A stretch of 64,000 nucleotides of DNA from Parcubacteria group bacterium (lineage in GTDB: Bacteria; Patescibacteriota; Minisyncoccia; Phycocordibacterales; UBA2100): assembly GCA_943358385.1 (NCBI GenBank), contig CALRGX010000002.1, positions 9,718 to 73,717 of the forward strand. Reading direction: 5' to 3'. Shown here piece by piece: positions 57,435 to 64,000 of this stretch. The notes beneath the pieces were generated by a model. That model ran no database searches, was not told where the DNA came from, and saw only the letters and a program-made list of their open reading frames with translations. Each line of letters starts with the position of its first letter. Position 1 is the stretch's first letter. A program made the position numbers and the translations under genes.

Positions 57435-58592
57435 ATGGCACGGGCGCGCGAGGGAGTGCTTTCACGATGGTTCGGTCATGTGGACTGGGTCCTCTGGGGC
57501 GCCATGACACTCATTACGGGGGCCGGGCTGGTCACCATGTATGCGTTCGGTCCTGAAAACGCCTTTTTCAAAAAACAGATTATTCTGGTGGGCATCGCGC
57601 AGGCAGTGTTCTTTGTCGCGTCATTCATCGATTACCGTTTTTTGCGCCAAACGTTTCCCGTGGCGCTGGCGTTTCTCATCACCGTCGCCCTGCTTATTCT
57701 GGTTTTTGTATTTGGCGAAGTAACGAAAGGCGCCCAGAGCCGTTTTGAGTTTGGTTCGTTTGCTATTCAGCCGTCCGATCCAGCCAAGCTCATTCTCATC
57801 GTGGTGTTGGCCAAATACTTTGCTCGTAGGCATGTGGAAATTGCAGACATCAAACACATACTCGTCTCTGGTGCATACGCATTTATACTCTTTGCGCTGG
57901 TGTTTTTGCAGCCCGACTTTGGATCGGCAATAATTCTTGCCTCTATTTGGTTCGGCTTGGTGCTGGTCGCTGGTATTTCTCGCAAACACTTGGCGATGGT
58001 ATTGATTAGTGCCATCGTCGCCGGCGGCGGCCTGTGGCTGTTTGTCCTCCAGCCTTATCAAAAGGAACGCGTCATGACCTTCCTCCACCCATTGGCCGAC
58101 ATCCAGGGTGCGGGTTACAACGCGTACCAGTCGACCATCGCTGTGGGATCAGGGCAATTTTTGGGGAAGGGTATCGGGTACGGCACTCAGTCAAAACTGC
58201 AGTTTCTACCAGAATACGAAACGGACTTTATTTTTGCTGCATTTGCGGAGGAGTGGGGTTTTGTCGGGGTAACTCTTCTTTTCCTTTTGTATGGGGTAGT
58301 GTTTTGGCGCGTGATTAGTGGATCCATGCGTGGCGCAACCAACTTCGAAACACTTTTTGCTGCAGGTGTCGGGCTGTTACTGTTGTCTCATTTTATTGTG
58401 CATATCGGCATGAATATCGGCGTCTTGCCGGTGACGGGGACCACGGTGCCATTTATGAGCTATGGCGGGTCACACTTAGTCACTGAGTTTTTAGCGCTGG
58501 GGATGCTGATGGGTATGCGGCGCTATGAGCGTTCGGTTCACAAATATGCCGAACGAAAAGAGTTTGAAGGGGTGGGTTCAGTATATCTGTAG
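57435..58592 (+). CDS. SEDS-family peptidoglycan glycosyltransferase (FtsW/RodA/SpoVE)
   Basis: 10-TM pattern with conserved segments (QPDFGSAIIL, GSGQFLGKGIGYGTQSKLQFLPE..TDFIFAAFAEEWGFVG, PVTGTTVPFMSYGGSHL). Confidence 0.85.
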   Translation: MARAREGVLSRWFGHVDWVLWGAMTLITGAGLVTMYAFGPENAFFKKQIILVGIAQAVFFVASFIDYRFLRQTFPVALAFLITVALLILVFVFGEVTKGAQSRFEFGSFAIQPSDPAKLILIVVLAKYFARRHVEIADIKHILVSGAYAFILFALVFLQPDFGSAIILASIWFGLVLVAGISRKHLAMVLISAIVAGGGLWLFVLQPYQKERVMTFLHPLADIQGAGYNAYQSTIAVGSGQFLGKGIGYGTQSKLQFLPEYETDFIFAAFAEEWGFVGVTLLFLLYGVVFWRVISGSMRGATNFETLFAAGVGLLLLSHFIVHIGMNIGVLPVTGTTVPFMSYGGSHLVTEFLALGMLMGMRRYERSVHKYAERKEFEGVGSVYL

Positions 58593-59717
58593 CGTTTCAG
58601 CTACCATGTCGCGTACCGTGCGAACGGTAGCCGGAGCAGAACCTTTGAGGGAACAGTTGGCGCGCTCGAGTTGCAGAACCATGTCATTCACCGACTCGGG
58701 TCGTACGAGGTGGCCCATGAGTGCTGTTTTAATTTCTGGGATTCCTCCTACGTTCGTTGCAACGATGGGGAGGTTGGCAGCCTGAGCCTCCAGAAGTACG
58801 TACGGCACACCTTCCTTCAGTGACGGAAGAAAAAAGACGTGGAATGCGTGAAGGTATTGTGCAGCATTACCGACAAATCCATGCAGCTTAGTCTGGTTTT
58901 CCAGGCCAAGCGCTTTTATGTGGTCACGCAGCCGAGAGTGCTCTTCTCCACTTCCTATAACGGAATAGAAAATCCGACGAGGGTGGGTGGTGTTGTATGC
59001 GGCAACAGCGTCAAGAGCGCGGAAAAGATTTTTATTTTTAGTGAGTTCGGCAATCGTAACGACCCAGGCGTCTTTCTCATGCCCTGCAATTTCAGCGGCG
59101 GTGAACAATTTTTCTCGCGCGCCTGATGCAGGTAGGAAATCAGGAGGAACAATGCCATTCTGAATTACTTTGATGCGCTTTTTTGTATAGGGTAACCGCA
59201 CAAAAGCAACAGCGTCTGCCTTTGAAATACAAATAACGGCGTGACTCAATAGTAGGGTAAGGTACGACGCGGCAAAAATAAGGGCTCGACTCAGCGCGTT
59301 TCGATCTTCCCAAAAGGGCCAGCCATGTGCGGTATAGATAATGCGTGGAACACCAGCAATGCGCCCCACTAAGGCGCCTAGACCCCCTACCTTGGAGCTA
59401 TTGAGGTGCAGTACATCGGGTCGTTCGTGAGCGATCACTTTAAAAAGGGCACGCATGGCTTGCACGTCAGACCATATGCTCAGGTCGCGCCCTAAAGAGG
59501 TGAGGTGAATGGTGCGTATGTGTGCCGTCTCAAGCTTCGCAAAGAGTGTCCCCGAGGCGCTCCCTGCCTCGCCGGTTCCACCTGCAGCTACCACGGCCTC
59601 GTACTCATGTAGTGGCAAGTTCGTAGCGAGATCTGCCACATAGCGTTGCGCACCACCCCAATTGCTCTTGGTGATGATGAAAAGCACTTTCTTGCGGCCA
59701 GTCGTGCCAGGTGTCAT
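58578..59717 (-). CDS. GT4-family glycosyltransferase (glycosyl transferase group 1)
   Basis: C-terminal EGVPYVLLEAQAANLPIVATNVGGIPEI (E-x7-E motif region). Confidence 0.8.
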   Translation of the reverse strand: MTPGTTGRKKVLFIITKSNWGGAQRYVADLATNLPLHEYEAVVAAGGTGEAGSASGTLFAKLETAHIRTIHLTSLGRDLSIWSDVQAMRALFKVIAHERPDVLHLNSSKVGGLGALVGRIAGVPRIIYTAHGWPFWEDRNALSRALIFAASYLTLLLSHAVICISKADAVAFVRLPYTKKRIKVIQNGIVPPDFLPASGAREKLFTAAEIAGHEKDAWVVTIAELTKNKNLFRALDAVAAYNTTHPRRIFYSVIGSGEEHSRLRDHIKALGLENQTKLHGFVGNAAQYLHAFHVFFLPSLKEGVPYVLLEAQAANLPIVATNVGGIPEIKTALMGHLVRPESVNDMVLQLERANCSLKGSAPATVRTVRDMVAETLQIY

Positions 59718-59833
59718 AGAGAAACTATGGGCGCTTCACCTTGTATGGTCAACCGTGCCTGTAGGGTAACTACCCAGCAATCGAGAGACTCGTCAACCTT
59801 TTCGCGGCACGCCTTTTGCGTTAGTATGGACCT

Positions 59834-61189
59834 ATGGCGCTCACGCCGAAGAGGGAATACCTCACACTGCTCATTGGAGACGCGCTTACTTTCGCTATTG
59901 CTCTCTGGATAACGCTTGCATTGCGTACTACCTCCGTTCCTTCCTACGAGTTCTACGTCCTCCACCTTCTGCCGTTCTCGGTCCTCTTTGTGGCGTGGCT
60001 CTTTGTCTTTTTTCTTGCTGGCTTGTATGCGAAATACACCCGCGTCATGCGCTCGCGTTTGCCGCAGCTAATTTTCTACACACAGACACTAAACATTATC
60101 ATCGCGGCAACGTTCTTCTTTCTCATTCCGTACTTCGGCATCGCGCCTAAGACTATTCTCGTTATCTACCTCCTGATTTCATCCATGCTCATTTTCATGT
60201 GGCGCGTGCTTCTTTTCCCGATGGTACGCCCAAAGGAAAGAGCAAAAGCTATTTTGATTGGAGAAGGGGATGAAATCGAAGAGCTCAAGGCAGAAATAAA
60301 TGGCGACGCCCGATACCCCTTTATCATTGATCGCACCCTCGATACGGCTAAGGCAGAGGTGCATCAGGCGGTGCAGCAGCTCTGTAGAGTGGTTGAAGAC
60401 GATGAGGTGAGCATCATCATCGCTGACGCAAATCACCCCGCTCTGAATGCATCACTTCCCATTATGTACGATGCAGCATTCCGCAAACGACAATTCATGT
60501 TCTTGGACACCGCTGCACTGTATGAAAGTATCTTTGACCGCGTACCACTTCCGCTGGTGAGCTACAGCTGGATTCTAGAACACATCACTACCTCACAGGG
60601 GTACGATCTCGCCAAGCGAGCGATCGACATTCTCTGCGCACTCGTGCTGTCCCTGGGGTGGCTGCTGATACTGCCGTTTGTTGCCTTGGCGATAAAGTTG
60701 GATGATGGTGGCGATGTTTTCATTACCCAGGAACGTATTGGCAGATTTCAAGAAACAATAAAGATACTCAAGTTTCGCAGTATGAGCGGTAACGATAGCG
60801 GTAACTACGGCACGAACGGGAAAACGCAATTGAAGGTTACTCGTGTGGGCAGAATCCTGCGTATGCTGCGTATCGACGAGTTGCCACAAATCATGAATAT
60901 ATTGAAAGGCGACCTTTCGTTCGTAGGGCCGCGCCCAGAATTGCCATCTTTGGCACAACACTATAGTGCCCGTATTCCGTTCTACAACGCTCGTCATCTG
61001 GTGAAGCCAGGTCTCACGGGTTGGGCACAGATTCGCCACGACCGGCACCCACACGGGGGAGCTGACGTTCTGGAAACTAAAAATAAGCTTTCCTACGATT
61101 TGTTTTACTTGCACCATCGATCATTTCTTTTGGACATATACATTCTTTTTCAAACAGCGCGCATTGTGCTTTTCGAAAAGGGGTCCTAG
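59834..61189 (+). CDS. polyprenyl-phosphate sugar phosphotransferase (bacterial sugar transferase, WbaP/PglC-like C-terminal domain)
   Basis: KRAIDILCALVLSLGWLLILPFVALAIKLDDGGDVFITQERIG...MLRIDELPQIMNILKGDLSFVGPRPE...KPGLTGWAQI. Confidence 0.85.
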   Translation: MALTPKREYLTLLIGDALTFAIALWITLALRTTSVPSYEFYVLHLLPFSVLFVAWLFVFFLAGLYAKYTRVMRSRLPQLIFYTQTLNIIIAATFFFLIPYFGIAPKTILVIYLLISSMLIFMWRVLLFPMVRPKERAKAILIGEGDEIEELKAEINGDARYPFIIDRTLDTAKAEVHQAVQQLCRVVEDDEVSIIIADANHPALNASLPIMYDAAFRKRQFMFLDTAALYESIFDRVPLPLVSYSWILEHITTSQGYDLAKRAIDILCALVLSLGWLLILPFVALAIKLDDGGDVFITQERIGRFQETIKILKFRSMSGNDSGNYGTNGKTQLKVTRVGRILRMLRIDELPQIMNILKGDLSFVGPRPELPSLAQHYSARIPFYNARHLVKPGLTGWAQIRHDRHPHGGADVLETKNKLSYDLFYLHHRSFLLDIYILFQTARIVLFEKGS

Positions 61190-61229
61190 CTGTAGTTCAA
61201 AGAGTGCTTTAGTAGCCTAAAAAAGAGCT

Positions 61230-62138
61230 ATGGCAAAAATGATCGTGACGGGAGGTGGGGGATTTATTGGCTCGCACCTAGTGCGCGCGCTGCTTGAGAA
61301 GGGAGACGAAGTGCACGTCGTTGATACTTTTGTTGCTGGGAAGTTACCCGAGCGATTGGATGCGCGCGCCCAGTATTACGAAATCGACATTACCAACACG
61401 GATGCGCTCAGTGCTCTCATGGAGGGTGCTGACACCGTGTTCCATCTTGCCGCCATTCCACGTGTCCCATACTCAGTGGCACATCCTGTGGAGAGTACAC
61501 ACGCAAATATCACTGGCACGGTGTCTGTGCTCACCGCTGCTTCGCGCGCAAAAGTGAGGCGGGTAGTCTCATCAAGTTCAGGATCCGTGTACGGCGATTA
61601 GGTCACCTTACCACTCACGGAATCGATGGTCCCCAACCCTGTGAATCCATACGCGTTGCAAAAATATGCGGGGGAGCGCTTCGCTGCGTTATGGGCCAGT
61701 AGTTTCAATATCGAAACCGTGTCGTTGCGTTACTTTAATGTGTATGGCCCAGGGCTCGATCCTCATGGACCGTATGCGCTGGCGGTTGGGGCATTTATCT
61801 TGGCCCGAAAAGAAGGGCGGCCACTTACCATTTTTGGCGATGGTACCATCACGCGCGATTACACTCATGTGTCTGATGTGGTGCAAGCAAATCTTCTTGC
61901 GGCGACTTCTCACCGGGTAGGGAAGGGCGAGGTCATAAACATTGGAACGGGAAGCAACAACACCATCAAGGCACTAGCCGAGATGGTGGGTGGAGAAATT
62001 GTGTACGCCGCGCCTCGAATCGAGGCACATGATTCTCGTGCGGACAATCTGCGTGCAAAAGAATTGCTTGGTTGGGAGCCGACCGTCTCACTTGCTGTGG
62101 GAATTGCGGCACTCAAGAAAGAGTGGGGTATTGCGTAG
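61230..62138 (+). pseudogene. NAD-dependent epimerase/dehydratase (GalE-like) interrupted by a single in-frame TAG at 61599-61601
   Basis: The two track ORFs, 61230..61601 and 61626..62138, are in the same frame. Read-through gives ...SSSGSVYGD*VTLPLTESMVPNPVNPYALQKYAGE..., a contiguous epimerase with VTGGGGFIGSHL and the YxxxK-region NPYALQK. Confidence 0.65.
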
Positions 62139-62147
62139 AGCATGAAA

Positions 62148-62188
62148 ATATAAAGGACCGACCTTTATATAAAGGTCGGTCCTTTATA
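62148..62188. repeat. REP-like palindrome, double head-to-head copy
   Basis: atataaaggaccgacctttatataaaggtcggtcctttata. Confidence 0.75.
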
Positions 62189-62238
62189 AAAGAGCGCCGC
62201 AGACCTTTGGTCTGCAGCGCTTATGTTGCGGCGGGTCG

Positions 62239-62799
62239 TCACACTGCCCAGCCAAAATGAAGGCCTTGCTGCATCAAGAGCTCTTTGAGCTCGTTGAGCG
62301 ACTTGCGGCCAAAGTTGGGAGCGCGCAGCATTTCTGCCTCAGTTTGCCGCACAATATCGCCGAGAGTAACGTATTGTTCGTTCTCAAGGCAGCTGTACGT
62401 GCGCTTGCTTAAATCTGGAAGTGCATCTTTCCACGACGTCGCCAGTTTTCGCGCAAGGTGTTCAGTATCGGTCTCTGCTTGTGCCGTCTCGGCCTGGAGA
62501 GGAGCCGGATTGTCGAGTTGGTTCAAACGAGACTCGAGCTCAACAAGCGACTGTGGATGCAGATGTTGGAGAATCAGAGTTGCAGCACTGCATGAGCGGC
62601 AGCGTTCCCAGGGTGAGCATTCACCGTAGTGTTGGTTAAACAAGATATCCGGTGTCTCCGCAAGGATAATTCTCAACTGCCTTAGGTGCTCACCCTTGAG
62701 GCTTTGGCGCAGATAGTTCACCACGGCGCAGTGTGCGCACGGGATGAGTGGCGAGCATTCGTCTTTGTGCGTTTTAAGCACGATGGCTAGGTCAGGCAT
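62239..62799 (-). CDS. protein with an N-terminal Cys-rich (two C-P-x-x-C-x-x-C) region and a C-terminal RNA polymerase alpha-subunit CTD-like HhH domain
   Basis: C-terminus [54 protein letters not shown] resembles the RpoA alphaCTD (LSVRSANCLK...[30 protein letters not shown]...GL.LG). N-terminal [10 protein letters not shown] and [10 protein letters not shown]. Confidence 0.55.
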   Translation of the reverse strand: MPDLAIVLKTHKDECSPLIPCAHCAVVNYLRQSLKGEHLRQLRIILAETPDILFNQHYGECSPWERCRSCSAATLILQHLHPQSLVELESRLNQLDNPAPLQAETAQAETDTEHLARKLATSWKDALPDLSKRTYSCLENEQYVTLGDIVRQTEAEMLRAPNFGRKSLNELKELLMQQGLHFGWAV

Positions 62800-62897
62800 T
62801 TGGTTCCTTTCAGGTAGCTGAGCTAAGTTAACTATGCTATGCAAATTGGTCTAAGTCAACTCTCGCCTTTCTCCTTAAAAAGACTATAATGCCCGGG

Positions 62898-64000
62898 ATG
62901 CAAAAAGAACGGCTACTGGCTGTCGGCGCGCTCCTTGTTGGGGGGCTTTTGGGTTGGTGGATATACAGCACCGAAATCAATGCCACAAAGGTATTCAAGC
63001 TCGGCCTCGATCTTTCCGGAGGTACCCACCTCGTCTACAGTGCCGACACCTCTCGTGTCAGCCCAACCGACCTCAAAGACTCGATGGAATCTCTACGTGA
63101 CACCATCGAGCGCCGCGTGAATCTTTTTGGCGTAGCAGAACCAATTGTGTACACCGAGCGTGGTAGCTCACTTGCTGGTGATGGAGGAGAGCGTTTGGTG
63201 GTAGAGCTCCCGGGTATCACCGATACACAAAAGGCTGTTGCCATGATTGGGCAGACGCCTGTCTTGGAATTCCGCATCCAGCCAGAAGGTGCAACCACCA
63301 CGGCGCAGTTCCAACCAACTGCACTTACGGGGCGCTACCTTTCGCGAGCACAGCTTGAATTTGGCGCGCAGCAGGGAGGACTCGCGAACGAACCAATCGT
63401 ATCCTTGGTTTTTGATGCCGAAGGGTCAGCGTTGTTTGAAGAAATCACTCGTGAAAACGTAGGGCGTGCATTGGGAATATTCCTCGATGGACAGCCTATT
63501 TCAATACCAGTCATCAACGAAGCGATTCCCGGCGGGAAAGCGATTGTGTCGGGTGGGTTTACACCCGATGAAGCACGCGAACTGGTGCGCAATCTAAACT
63601 TCGGTGCGCTGCCGGTGCCTATCTCACTTCTTTCTACGGAAACAGTGGGAAGCACCTTGGGCGCAGATGCGGTACAGCGCGGCGTCGAGGCAGCTTTCTG
63701 GGGCTTTGTGGCCGTCATGCTCTTTATGATTGTGTGGTATCGCGTTCCTGGGCTCATTTCAGTAATCGCTCTTCTGGTGTACATCATTGTGTCGCTCGCG
63801 CTTTTCAAATTCATTCCTGTCACACTCACTGCAGCTGGTATCGCGGCCTTCATTATTTCTATCGGTATGGCGGTGGATGCCAACGTGCTCATTTTCGAGC
63901 GCACGCGTGAGGAGTTGGAAAAAGGGAAGAGCACTAAAGAAGCGATTCACGATGGATTTGATAGAGCATGGCTTTCCATTCGTGACTCAAACATTTCTTC
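62898..64000 (+). CDS. secD: protein translocase subunit SecD; the C-terminus runs off the window end
   Basis: GLDLSGGTHLVY and LGIFLDG SecD signatures. This ORF is absent from the track because it has no stop in the window. Confidence 0.85.
   Translation, partial: MQKERLLAVGALLVGGLLGWWIYSTEINATKVFKLGLDLSGGTHLVYSADTSRVSPTDLKDSMESLRDTIERRVNLFGVAEPIVYTERGSSLAGDGGERLVVELPGITDTQKAVAMIGQTPVLEFRIQPEGATTTAQFQPTALTGRYLSRAQLEFGAQQGGLANEPIVSLVFDAEGSALFEEITRENVGRALGIFLDGQPISIPVINEAIPGGKAIVSGGFTPDEARELVRNLNFGALPVPISLLSTETVGSTLGADAVQRGVEAAFWGFVAVMLFMIVWYRVPGLISVIALLVYIIVSLALFKFIPVTLTAAGIAAFIISIGMAVDANVLIFERTREELEKGKSTKEAIHDGFDRAWLSIRDSNIS

Noticed and set aside
61599-61601. In-frame TAG in the epimerase, considered as evidence of stop-codon reassignment
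   Set aside because: TAG, TGA and TAA all end clearly homologous genes at the expected positions elsewhere in the window (TAG at 5921 and 11268; TGA at 14734 and 28897). The code is therefore standard, and the TAG here is a nonsense lesion, an error or a site-specific event.

Overview
This 64 kb window looks bacterial with roughly 55% GC. It uses the standard genetic code: TAA, TAG and TGA all end clearly homologous genes. It is dense in core information-processing genes. These include argS, ileS, the alpha2-type glyQS, metG, secE-nusG-rplK, rplJ-rplL, rpsF-ssb-rpsR, rplS, efp, recA, ftsK, recO, secD, and a 23S-5S rRNA operon with no 16S gene in the window. Several features are consistent with a Candidate Phyla Radiation (Patescibacteria-like) lineage; this is my inference and needs checking. 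Those features are two ORF-less group I introns in the 23S, rplK not followed by rplA, a long SecE, a 1137-aa S-layer-like Thr/Ser/Gly-rich protein with a peptidoglycan-binding domain, and type-2-like IleRS. Other notable content is listed below.
- A compact thymidylate island: thyA, an unknown 318-aa ORF, folA, dCMP deaminase, dut, a wHTH-Nudix regulator and tmk.
- A ZIP zinc transporter fused to a staphylococcal-nuclease domain.
- A P-loop kinase fused to a CYTH domain, cut by the window start.
- A PduO-type corrinoid adenosyltransferase.
- An envelope polysaccharide module: a SEDS (FtsW/RodA) protein, a GT4 glycosyltransferase, a polyprenyl-phosphate sugar transferase, and an epimerase interrupted by an in-frame TAG.
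The accessory or unusual content is of three kinds.
- tRNA-Leu and tRNA-His are each followed by short repeat-bearing elements that duplicate the tRNA 3' end, as att sites do, and both share an internal motif.
- A 21-bp palindromic REP-like repeat (TATAAAGGTCGGTCCTTTATA) occurs in 8 copies at 6 loci. It flanks a REP-associated tyrosine transposase (RAYT), with one copy inside the RAYT reading frame.
- The 23S-5S spacer holds a tRNA-like structure with an encoded CCA but degenerate D and T loops, and a partial 5S duplicate.
I found no CRISPR array, cas genes or integrase.
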